This document shows, piece after piece, positions 55,199 through 63,911 of a stretch of 64,000 nt of DNA; position 1 is the first letter of the stretch, and each line of letters starts with the position of its first letter. The notes under the pieces were generated by a model that worked only from the letters and a program-made list of their open reading frames with translations, searched no databases and had not been told where the DNA came from. This DNA comes from Candidatus Harrisonbacteria bacterium CG10_big_fil_rev_8_21_14_0_10_49_15 (lineage in GTDB: Bacteria > Patescibacteriota > Minisyncoccia > UBA6257 > 1-14-0-10-44-23): assembly GCA_002773415.1 (NCBI GenBank), contig PFBD01000020.1, forward strand, positions 25,667 through 89,666, read 5' to 3'. A program made the position numbers and the translations under genes.

Positions 55199-57118
55199 TT
55201 GAAAAATATGAAAATGAAATTCAAAAAACTTTTTGCATTTTCTTTGGCGCTGGCGATGGTTTTCCAGTATGCGCCGGCTTTGGCGGCTTATAATACCGGC
55301 ACCGGTTCTGCGGTTGATACCAGTTATAATACTGGCTCCGGTACTCAGAACACTACCTATAACACCGGCAGTGGTTCTTCGGTAACCGATTCTAGCTATA
55401 ATGTCGGCTCCGGTTCTGCTGTGAGTTCGAGTTATAACACTGGTAGTGGCTCTGCTGTTCAGGATGATTCTACCTATAACACTGGCAGTGGCTCTGCTGT
55501 TCAGGATGATTCTACCTATAACACTGGCAGTGGCTCTGCTGTAACTACAACCTATAACACCGGTGCTGGTAGCGCGGTTAACTCCGATTATAACACCGGT
55601 ACTGGAACGGAGGTAACGACCAATTACAACACGGGCTCGGGTTCGGCTGTGACTACGACTTACAATACAGGCACCGGTACGGCTATTTATGCTTGTAATG
55701 ATGGTATTGATAACGACGGGGACGGTTTGGTTGATTTAAATGACCCGGGCTGCGTTAGTAGCACTGATACCAGTGAGCAGAATGTGGTTGTGCAAAACAA
55801 TCCGCCTATCTGGAATCAGGTCAGTAACCGGACGGTGAATGTTGGCCAGGGTTTGAACATCAATGTTTCCGCTTTTGATCCGGACGGCGACGCGCTGACT
55901 TACAGCAGTGTTACTTTGCCGGCGAACTCTAGCTTTAACGCAACCACTCGTTTATTTAGTTTTACTCCTTCTAGTGGCCAGGCTGGCAACACCTATCAGG
56001 TTACTCTGCGAGTTAGTGATGGCGTGAACTCGCCGGTGCAGATGAGCTTTACTGTGTTTGTGAATCAAAATCAACAGCCGCCGTTTGATGATAATGACGC
56101 GCCTCTGTGTACGTTTGTGAATAGCCGAACCGTTGACGTGAATGACACGGTAAGTTTCTTTGTGAATGCGTTTGACCCGGATGGCGATAACCTGACCTTT
56201 AGCGTCAGCGACCGGCCGTCTAACTCAAGCCTGAATAGCAGTACCGGATTTTTCAGTTTTTCACCGAGTCGCAGTCAGGAGGGGAATACTTACTTCTTGC
56301 AGTTTACGGCACGGGACCCGGAGGGCTTGAGCTGTACGACCTCTGCTCAGATCAGGGTGTTTGAGGATGATGACGACGATGATTTTGACTTTGATGATGA
56401 CGACCTGGAGTGGCCGTTCTTTAGCACTCAGCGGTTAGATGTTGGGGAGAATTTTGATAGGACTTTTAGGGTGCGTGATCATAACTCCCGTGTTGACTAC
56501 GACGCTTCTAACCTCCCTTCCGGAGCGGATTATGATGATAATGGGCGCTTTGAATGGAGGCCGCGTAGCAACCAAGAGGGTACTTGGTTTATCACCTTCC
56601 GAGCGGAGCGAGACGGCGATAGAGCAACTCGTACGGTGCGCTTTGAAGTTGGCGATGATGACTTTGACGACGATGATGACTTTAATCGCCGACCGGTCTT
56701 TATTTCAAGTCCGCAGACAGCCGCGGTTGTAAATCGGGTTTACCAGTATGACGCGAACGCGTTTGACCAAGATGGAGATACTCTTCGTTACAGTCTGGCC
56801 AGGGCGCCATCTGGTGCATCCATAGATCAGAACACAGGCTTTGTGACTTGGGTGCCGACACTTTCTGATGCTGGTCGGAGTTTCCAGTTCACTGTTCAGG
56901 TGACAGATAGACGGACAAGTCCGGTGGATCAGTCTTTTACAGTCTTTGTGCAGCCGCAGGGGCAGGTCTTGGGTACCAGCGACACACCTGGTTTTCCAAA
57001 CACCGGTGCCGGTGGTTCAGCGATGAACAGAATGCTTTTGCCGCTTAGCCTTGTGGCTGCCTTGAGCGCGCTTGGACTATTCTTGCTTCGCCGGATGAAT
57101 GCTTCGCGAGTACGATAA
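55199..57118 (+). CDS. Sortase-anchored surface protein: YNTGSG repeats plus cadherin/Ig-like domains
   Basis: Signal peptide, ~11 YNTG(S/T)G repeats, NxxP..DPDGD Ig repeats, FPNTG + TM + RR tail. Confidence 0.9.
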   Translation: MKNMKMKFKKLFAFSLALAMVFQYAPALAAYNTGTGSAVDTSYNTGSGTQNTTYNTGSGSSVTDSSYNVGSGSAVSSSYNTGSGSAVQDDSTYNTGSGSAVQDDSTYNTGSGSAVTTTYNTGAGSAVNSDYNTGTGTEVTTNYNTGSGSAVTTTYNTGTGTAIYACNDGIDNDGDGLVDLNDPGCVSSTDTSEQNVVVQNNPPIWNQVSNRTVNVGQGLNINVSAFDPDGDALTYSSVTLPANSSFNATTRLFSFTPSSGQAGNTYQVTLRVSDGVNSPVQMSFTVFVNQNQQPPFDDNDAPLCTFVNSRTVDVNDTVSFFVNAFDPDGDNLTFSVSDRPSNSSLNSSTGFFSFSPSRSQEGNTYFLQFTARDPEGLSCTTSAQIRVFEDDDDDDFDFDDDDLEWPFFSTQRLDVGENFDRTFRVRDHNSRVDYDASNLPSGADYDDNGRFEWRPRSNQEGTWFITFRAERDGDRATRTVRFEVGDDDFDDDDDFNRRPVFISSPQTAAVVNRVYQYDANAFDQDGDTLRYSLARAPSGASIDQNTGFVTWVPTLSDAGRSFQFTVQVTDRRTSPVDQSFTVFVQPQGQVLGTSDTPGFPNTGAGGSAMNRMLLPLSLVAALSALGLFLLRRMNASRVR

Positions 57119-57809
57119 GTTTAATAATCTTATTATGCAAACGACAGGACCGCAAAAATTCGTTGCCGGCTGTACCTTAGTATTAGCCATGGGCGGCGTA
57201 GCACTGGCGATAGTGTATCTTTCACTGCTACTAACTTCGCCGCGAGAGAGCGAGGCTCAAGACCTTAGCGCTTTGACTGTTTCTAACAGAGTGGCATTTG
57301 CAAAGATGCTGGAGCGATCTGGGACAGCGACTAGGTTTCCTGTCTCAGCCGTTCTTGTTGATCCGGTACAGATTGTTATTCCGGCTTTAGGAGTTGATAC
57401 GAAGATCCAGGCGGTTGGTTTGACCGCCTCAGGTAAGATGGGTACCCCGAAGGGGGACCGGAAGTACAAAGACGTAGCCTGGTATAAAGATGGCTTTAAA
57501 CCGGGCGAGAAGGGAGCCGCAGTCATTGCCGGCCACTTAGACAATGGTTATGGGCTTGCGGCTGTGTTTAAAGAGTTGCAGAGTCTGAAGCTCGGTGACT
57601 CTATATTTGTTTCTGATGCTGACGGTAAGACGCTGCATTTTAAGGTGAGTAAAAAGGTTTTGTATCCGGCAGGTAATGAGCCGGTGAGTGATGTGTTTGG
57701 GGAGAGTGATGAACCGCGCTTGAATTTGATAACTTGTGATGGTGATTGGATAGAGAATGAGAGGGGGTACAGTCAGAGACTAGTGGTGTATACAGAGCTA
57801 GTTCGGTAG
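57099..57809 (+). CDS. Class F sortase
   Basis: N-terminal TM, PGEKGAAVIAGH, LNLITC, RLVV catalytic H/C/R. Confidence 0.92.
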   Translation: MLREYDKFNNLIMQTTGPQKFVAGCTLVLAMGGVALAIVYLSLLLTSPRESEAQDLSALTVSNRVAFAKMLERSGTATRFPVSAVLVDPVQIVIPALGVDTKIQAVGLTASGKMGTPKGDRKYKDVAWYKDGFKPGEKGAAVIAGHLDNGYGLAAVFKELQSLKLGDSIFVSDADGKTLHFKVSKKVLYPAGNEPVSDVFGESDEPRLNLITCDGDWIENERGYSQRLVVYTELVR

Positions 57810-57882
57810 GCGTTTTTGTGAGTGGAAAAAAGGAATTCGCGCTCTATTGACAGAGTGTTTTTTGTATGCTATAATTTAACTT

Positions 57883-58860
57883 ATGAACGATAAAAAACTA
57901 GCTACATATCGAGTTTTGCGCGTGCTTGGGGCCGGTTTTTTGGCTCTAGGACTGGTTTTTATTGAGATCCCGACTACAGAGGCGGCTTTGCGCACAGTTT
58001 CTTTTGATTCGTATGCTGCTCGGGAAAGGGCACAGTCGCAGAGAAACAGCTCTTTTAATGATTACTACAGTGGCTCTGGATATAGCTATTACTACGGGCC
58101 GAATTATCAGCCTTTGCCGGTAGTGGACTTTGCGAGCACACGCCCGCCGACTATCGTACGTCAGACAAAGACCGTAGCTTTCGCGGATGCATTTAGCCGG
58201 GATGCTGATGAAAGTGACTCGTCTTCTGGTTCTGTGGCTGGTATTTCTGAATCTTCGTTTGTTGTATCTGACATAAAGATAGATGCCAGTTTGGCGACTA
58301 TTCGAGCGGCCGGTGAAGCCGGGACTGAGATCTGTGGGATTCAGGTAACTTGGAGAACAGATGAGCCGACTGCCGGCCAGGTGCTCTACGGTACTAAGTC
58401 GCAGGCGGATCTTAGCTTGGAAGAGATGAGCTACCCTTTCTCTGTTCAAACCAGTCCGAGTTTTAGTCGGGTGCATGGAGTAACTTTTGACTGTCTGCAA
58501 AACCAGACCTATTACTTTCGGATTGTTGCTTTGAGCCAGATAGATAGGGCTGTGAGCGACGAACGGATTTTGGTTCCGTTTACACCAGAGGCCGGAGTTG
58601 CCGCCGCGGTTGACTCTGACGAGGTAGATACGGACAGGGATGGCGCTTCGGTGCTTGGAACGATTGGTCGCTTTGGTATTCCGATTGCGTTTATTATCTT
58701 CTTGATCGTTATTGGTTATTATGTGGTTCGGTGGATCCGCGGTCAGATGGGCGGCGGTGAAAGAGTTCTTTTGAGTAGAGGCGAGGCAGACGCGGAAGAA
58801 CCGCTTTTGAACATTCCCGGTTTGCCTAAGAACGGTGATGATTTAGAAGAAAGTAATTAG
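57883..58860 (+). CDS. Membrane-anchored protein with fibronectin-III-like domain
   Basis: VTWRTDEP..VLYG..H.V..L...TYYFRIV; N- and C-terminal hydrophobic segments; TTGACA..TATAAT upstream. Confidence 0.8.
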   Translation: MNDKKLATYRVLRVLGAGFLALGLVFIEIPTTEAALRTVSFDSYAARERAQSQRNSSFNDYYSGSGYSYYYGPNYQPLPVVDFASTRPPTIVRQTKTVAFADAFSRDADESDSSSGSVAGISESSFVVSDIKIDASLATIRAAGEAGTEICGIQVTWRTDEPTAGQVLYGTKSQADLSLEEMSYPFSVQTSPSFSRVHGVTFDCLQNQTYYFRIVALSQIDRAVSDERILVPFTPEAGVAAAVDSDEVDTDRDGASVLGTIGRFGIPIAFIIFLIVIGYYVVRWIRGQMGGGERVLLSRGEADAEEPLLNIPGLPKNGDDLEESN

Positions 58861-58922
58861 CAGGTAGCTAGTAACAAAATCTCCGTAAGTACGGAGATTT
58901 TGTGCTATGATTCCCAGGTATT

Positions 58923-59651
58923 ATGAATATGAGCAATGAACAGTTCCCGATGAGGATAAATAAGTATTTGGCCCATAAGGGTATTTGTACTCGTCGTCAG
59001 GCTGATGATTGGATCGCACAAGGCCGGGTGATGGTGGGTGGCGAGCCGGCGGTCATTGGTCAGCAGATTCAAGCTGAGGATGAGGTGGTTGTGCGCTCAA
59101 AAGATCTGGCAAAAGCCGCTTCTGATAGAGTGTATTTTGCATTCAATAAGCCGATTGGCTTGGCAACGGAAGATGTTTTAGAAAAGTTGGTACCGACTCT
59201 GCCTAAAAAAGCCAAAGACGTATTTCCGGTCGGCCGCTTGGACAAAGTGTCGCATGGCCTACTTGTTTTAACTAATGACGGGAGGGTGACCGATCGATTG
59301 TTGAATCCAAAATATGTGCATGACAAGGAGTACGTTGTCCGGACTGATAAACCGATTACGCAGAATTTTTTGACTCGGATGGGTAAGGGTGTGAAGTTAG
59401 AGGATGGCTATATTACAAAGACGGCGATGCTGGCCGGTGAAGTTGGCGCCAAGCGCTTTTCTATTATATTGACTGAGGGGCGGAAGCATCAGATCCGACG
59501 TATGTGTACTGTTCTTGGCTTTGCGGTTAAGGACTTGCGCCGAGTGCGGGTGATGAACTTAAAGCTCTCCGGATTGGAGCCGGGTGAGTATCGGGAGGTT
59601 ATTGGTAAAGAACTGAAGGTATTTTTGAAGTCGCTGGGGATGGTTAAGTAG
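58923..59651 (+). CDS. rRNA pseudouridine synthase (RsuA/RluB/RluF family)
   Basis: S4 domain, PVGRLD, EGRKHQIRRM. Confidence 0.95.
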   Translation: MNMSNEQFPMRINKYLAHKGICTRRQADDWIAQGRVMVGGEPAVIGQQIQAEDEVVVRSKDLAKAASDRVYFAFNKPIGLATEDVLEKLVPTLPKKAKDVFPVGRLDKVSHGLLVLTNDGRVTDRLLNPKYVHDKEYVVRTDKPITQNFLTRMGKGVKLEDGYITKTAMLAGEVGAKRFSIILTEGRKHQIRRMCTVLGFAVKDLRRVRVMNLKLSGLEPGEYREVIGKELKVFLKSLGMVK

Positions 59652-59762
59652 TATTAGCTTATTAGCTTATTAGCTTCTTAGCTGTTTAGGGAAATGGGTC
59701 ACGGCCCAAAACAGCCTGTTTAGCCGCGGCAGTAGCTAATCAGCTAGCCTTCTTTTCTTTGT

Positions 59763-60233
59763 TTAAACTATGGCACGGTCACTTCTGTTTTGAACCCAGA
59801 GGTATGAGCTCAGAATGAAGAGGGTCGTGCTGGTGAGTGCGGAATACATACACCACTCACAGATGGCTTTGAGAAGCACGAGCTGAACAAATACAAACCA
59901 AGCGGAGAAAAGGAAGCCAAAAATAGTGAGTAGCGCGGCGATGTTAAAGAGGCGGGGGTTGCGTCGGTCCAGGTATGCTAGAGAGAGGATGAAGACGGCC
60001 AGATAGTAGATTGCGCCGCCAAGGGCGACCGGAATGCCGAATATTTGCGAATAGGCGCTAGTCGTCACGGCTTCGCAGCCGCTGGCGATATTGCACGGCG
60101 GAACAGAGCCCCGGAAGTGTTCTATAGTCAGGAAGCCGGCGTCAATAAAGCCAATGAAGCTTAAAACAAGGAAGGCGATGACGATGCCGTTAGGAATTCT
60201 GGTCAGTTGTGGTAGTCGCATTGTCGTTGTCAC
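59763..60233 (-). CDS. VKOR family protein
   Basis: CNIASGCEAV..S..GIPVA, CEWC. Confidence 0.9.
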   Translation of the reverse strand: MTTTMRLPQLTRIPNGIVIAFLVLSFIGFIDAGFLTIEHFRGSVPPCNIASGCEAVTTSAYSQIFGIPVALGGAIYYLAVFILSLAYLDRRNPRLFNIAALLTIFGFLFSAWFVFVQLVLLKAICEWCMYSALTSTTLFILSSYLWVQNRSDRAIV

Positions 60234-60981
60234 TGTTATTTTCCTTAATTATCTGCAGGGCGCCGTCTATTAGAAGTTTGAAGGTGTCGAGGCTGCGCGG
60301 GTTGCTTATTTGTTGACCATTGATAAAGAAGGTTGGTGTGCCGGTTATTCTGGCGCGCTGGCCGCTGTTTATGTCAGTGGCAACCTTGTTGCGTACTGCT
60401 TCTGATTCGTAGTCAGAGGTGAACTGAGTGGTGTCTAGGCCAAGGGATTCGGCATATTCGGTGAAAAGGTCCTCAGCTCTTGGGTTAGTGGCCCATTTGT
60501 TTTGATTAGCAAAAATCAGGTCGTGCATTTCCCAAAACTTTCCTTGTTGACCTGCCGCCTCGCTTGCCCAGGCAGCCGGGCGGGCGTTTGGGTGAATGGA
60601 CATGAGTGGGAAGTGACGATAGACAAAGGCGATGCGGTCGCCGTATATATCGGCCAGCTCTTCAACTATGGGCGCGTAAAAAGCGCAGGCCGGGCATTGA
60701 AAATCGCTGTACTCAACAAGTAGTAGTTGGGCATCGCGATTACCTTTGACCTGATCTTGTTCATTAATAGCGTCTGTGAGCGCGTTATTCGGGGTTTGGG
60801 AATTGCCACCTGAGAGCATGGCGATGGCGACGATGGCGCCAATGATAACAATAATGCCCATAGTCCAGATAAGCACACTCTTGCTCTTGCGTGCGGTACG
60901 GGCACTATCGCGGGACTGCTCTTTGCTGGCTTTTTGTTGGTCGTACTGCTCTTTTTTTGAAAGTTGTTCGTTGTTGTCCAT
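60190..60981 (-). CDS. DsbA-like thioredoxin domain protein
   Basis: EYSDFQCPAC, RHFPL, GTPTFFING. Confidence 0.93.
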   Translation of the reverse strand: MDNNEQLSKKEQYDQQKASKEQSRDSARTARKSKSVLIWTMGIIVIIGAIVAIAMLSGGNSQTPNNALTDAINEQDQVKGNRDAQLLLVEYSDFQCPACAFYAPIVEELADIYGDRIAFVYRHFPLMSIHPNARPAAWASEAAGQQGKFWEMHDLIFANQNKWATNPRAEDLFTEYAESLGLDTTQFTSDYESEAVRNKVATDINSGQRARITGTPTFFINGQQISNPRSLDTFKLLIDGALQIIKENNSDNDNATTTTDQNS

Positions 60982-61057
60982 ATTTTTTATAGCTTTATTA
61001 CTATTAATTATGCCGGGATTATAGCAGTTTTGGTCTGATTTTGCTATCCTGTAAGGA

Positions 61058-61414
61058 ATGAGGTTATTGAGAAAAGTGAGTCATCCACTGCGTGGGATTA
61101 TGGCTACTACTAAGCGTGATCTGAGTTTTCGTTTGGAAATTTTTGGTGGTTTTTTGCTTGTGCTTATTTTGGGTTGGCTTTGGCCGGTCAGTCAGGTGGA
61201 GCTCTTTGCGATTTTAATTACTTACGGGCTGGTGCTTGTTGCAGAGTTGACTAATACAGCTCTGGAAGCAGCGCTTGATAAACTGCATCCGGAACAGCAT
61301 GAGTCTATTCGAATAAGTAAAGACGCCGCGGCCGGAGCGGTTTTGATAGCTGTTTGCTTGAACGTGACCGTAGTGGCACTAGTTATTTTGGCGCGTTTCG
61401 GTGTGAGCCAATAA
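61058..61414 (+). CDS. dgkA: Diacylglycerol/undecaprenol kinase
   Basis: ELTNTALE..D..KDAAAGAV. Confidence 0.88.
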   Translation: MRLLRKVSHPLRGIMATTKRDLSFRLEIFGGFLLVLILGWLWPVSQVELFAILITYGLVLVAELTNTALEAALDKLHPEQHESIRISKDAAAGAVLIAVCLNVTVVALVILARFGVSQ

Positions 61415-61438
61415 AAATAGCTCAAAGTGAATTTTTTT

Positions 61439-61484
61439 TCATTTAATAAAAAAATGGGCGGCCGCCCATTTTTTAATTAAATGA
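61439..61484. repeat. Long palindrome with GGGCGGCCGCCC core
   Basis: tcatttaat.aaaaaatgggcggccgcccatttttt.attaaatga. Confidence 0.8.
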
Positions 61485-61573
61485 GAATTTAAGTGATATG
61501 TCGATCTTTGAGAAACCTACGACGAGGCTGCGTGCGACGAGGCTGAACCTCGTAACTTTCGTTTCGGGGTTGT

Positions 61574-62047
61574 TTAGTGTTTGACTGGATGGCTGGGCAT
61601 GACGAGAGCCGCTAAAATGTAGATAATAATACTGGGAACGACTCCGGTGAAGACGAGGATGAAGATCCAGATGACGCGTAGTAGCGTTGGGTCTACGTTC
61701 ATGTATTCGGCTAAGCCACCTAAGACCCTGGGTTGCGATATTCGCGCGACGCGTTCTTAGCCAGCTTCGTCAAGCGCAAGGCTTGCCGAGCGAGCGGTAG
61801 CCTGTGTGCTACCGCGACTGAGGCATAACGCCGCGATTGGCGAAGCTGGCCAGAACCATTCGGGATACGGCAAATTGCTTCAGGAGCTTCGTTGCTTCGT
61901 CCTCGGAGTATCACAACAGGATACACCTTCGGACTCGCGCCTTGCTCCTGAAGCAATTTACCAGTATCGCGACCGGCGAATATCGCAACTCAGGGTCTAG
62001 ACTCCAGCGAAGAATTTATTATAGTTGCTTTTATATAAACGTTTCAT
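61574..62047 (-). pseudogene. pspC: PspC-domain gene interrupted by a 276-bp element
   Basis: MKRLYKSNYNKFFAGV | LGGLAEYMNVDPTLLRVIW...YILAALVMP; 65 aa after removing 61723-61998. Confidence 0.9.
61723..61998. mobile_element. MITE-like structured element
   Basis: 23-bp TIRs agaccctg(g/a)gttgcgatattcgc, two long internal hairpins, no transposase. Confidence 0.88.
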
Positions 62048-62081
62048 GGTTTTAGTTTAGCTCAGGTGTATTAAATTTTCA

Positions 62082-62834
62082 TTAAATCTGAATCTTCTTA
62101 AAAAGCCAGCTACCAATAATGAGTAGGACGAGCGTGACTCCGGCAACTACTGTTAGGTCTAGCCAGATGGGGTGCTCGGCTGAGCCGACCAGGCCGCCGC
62201 GGATGGCGTCTACGCCATAGCTGAACGGGTTGAGTTTGGTGATAAGCTCTAAGGCAGGGGGAATATTGGTTAGTGGAAAAAGCGCGCCGGAGAGGAAGAA
62301 AATAGGGAACATGACAAAGTTGATGATGAGAGGAAAGGCAGAGGTGTCTTGCATGTGACTGGCAATAACCAGTCCCATGGCCGCGAACAGTAAGCCGATG
62401 AGCGCGGCCGCTGTAAGGGCGATGAGCGCGCCGCCAAGAGTAACCTGGGAGATATCAAAGCCGATGAAGATAGCCAAAAAGAAAACAATGATACCTTGAA
62501 AAACGGCGACTGTGGCTCCGCCGAGTGCTTTGCCGAGCATGATATAAAAACGAGGGACGGGCGCGACCAGGGTTTCTTTTAAAAATCCAAACATGCGGTC
62601 GCCGATAAGCTCGATGCCGATAAAAGTAGAAGTGAAGAGGATGGTCATGCCCACGATGCCGGGTACGAGGAAAGAGATGTAGTCGGTAATACCGCTTTGT
62701 TCAACGGTCGGGCCTAGACCATAGCCGAGAGCGATTAGAAAAAGCAGTGGCTGCCCAACAGCGCCCACGATACGGGCTTTATTGCGAAAGTATTTTTTTA
62801 TTTGGCGGAGCCAGAGAATGTATAAGGCGGACAT
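62082..62834 (-). CDS. ABC-2 type exporter permease
   Basis: FLVPG, LKETLVAP, FFLSGALFP, NPFSYGVDAIR. Confidence 0.92.
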   Translation of the reverse strand: MSALYILWLRQIKKYFRNKARIVGAVGQPLLFLIALGYGLGPTVEQSGITDYISFLVPGIVGMTILFTSTFIGIELIGDRMFGFLKETLVAPVPRFYIMLGKALGGATVAVFQGIIVFFLAIFIGFDISQVTLGGALIALTAAALIGLLFAAMGLVIASHMQDTSAFPLIINFVMFPIFFLSGALFPLTNIPPALELITKLNPFSYGVDAIRGGLVGSAEHPIWLDLTVVAGVTLVLLIIGSWLFKKIQI

Positions 62835-62912
62835 GGAGAATTTTCAATTTACATTTTTCAATTCCTGCCTGCCGGCAGGCAGGTTCAAACAATTTTCGAA
62901 TTTCCTATTTTT

Positions 62913-63707
62913 CTAAAATCTGCCCATTTTTTTACTACGTTTGATGGAGGCATGGGGGTCGGGTTTTTCTTCGCGGATCTGGTGGCCGGTTAGAGAAATA
63001 AAAGCATCTTGGAGGTTGGAGGTCTTGGTTTGAGCTTTGAGTTCAGTTGGTGTGCCAATGGCAATTATCTTGCCATAGTCAATTACGCCGACGCGGTCGG
63101 CGTAGCGCTCTGCTTCTTCCATGTAGTGGGTCGTGAAGAAGACGGTCATGTTTTCGGTGGTAGATAGTTTTTGGATGTAGTCCCAGATGTAGTTTCGGGT
63201 TTGTGGGTCAAGCCCCAGGGTTGGTTCGTCTAAAAAAAGAATTTTGGGGTGGTGAAGCAGGCCTCGGGCTATCTCCATGCGCCGGCGCATGCCGCCACTG
63301 AATTCTTTAACTAGGCTGTCTTTGCGCTCCCAGAGGTCAACATAGGTAAGCATGTCTTTTATTCGCTTGGTGCGGGTCGGTTTATCTATTCCGTACAATA
63401 CGGCGTGGAACTCCATGTTTTCGTAGCAGGTGAGATCGTCGTCGTGGCTTTGCTCCTGAAAAATAATGCCGAAGTTGTGGCGAACATCGTTGGAGTTAGT
63501 GGCGGGATCGGCTCCGGCGACTAGAACCTCGCCCCCTGTGCGGTGTAGAAGAGTGGTTAGAATCTTGATGGTTGTAGTCTTGCCGGCGCCGTTTGGGCCG
63601 AGAAACGCGAAAATTTCACCGGCGTTCACGTGGAAGGAGGCGTTATCCACGGCGATAAGCTCGCCGTAACTTTTAGTGAGATTAGAAACGGAAATAATTG
63701 TTGGCAT
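62913..63707 (-). CDS. ABC transporter ATP-binding protein (DrrA-like)
   Basis: GPNGAGKTT, FSGGMRRR, LDEPT, TTHYMEEA. Confidence 0.95.
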   Translation of the reverse strand: MPTIISVSNLTKSYGELIAVDNASFHVNAGEIFAFLGPNGAGKTTTIKILTTLLHRTGGEVLVAGADPATNSNDVRHNFGIIFQEQSHDDDLTCYENMEFHAVLYGIDKPTRTKRIKDMLTYVDLWERKDSLVKEFSGGMRRRMEIARGLLHHPKILFLDEPTLGLDPQTRNYIWDYIQKLSTTENMTVFFTTHYMEEAERYADRVGVIDYGKIIAIGTPTELKAQTKTSNLQDAFISLTGHQIREEKPDPHASIKRSKKMGRF

Positions 63708-63911
63708 GGCGCTTAGGGCTCCCGCCTATCAGCGGGTAGGTAGTTTTCAGTGAGTTGAATTATGTTAGTGTACCAGAACGATTGGTGAAAAAACAATGAT
63801 TCGCGGGAGAAATCTTGAGACTTTTTTCGTCTTTACGTGAACTTCATGCGTGATCTGTATAGTTGGGATTGCGAAAGGTCGGTCTGTTTAAAGATCGGTT
63901 TATGCGTATAT

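Noticed and set aside
55285-55690. Regular 36-42 bp repeats resembling a CRISPR array
   Set aside because: They are in-frame coding repeats with synonymous variation and no unique spacers.
23877-60981. Two VKOR genes plus DsbA as a novel redox system
   Set aside because: DsbA/VKOR disulfide-bond pathways are well known; nothing unusual beyond paralogy.
61720-62055. Short ORFs (64-78 aa) within the pspC insert
   Set aside because: They arise from the palindromic MITE sequence and have no RBS or recognisable transposase motifs.
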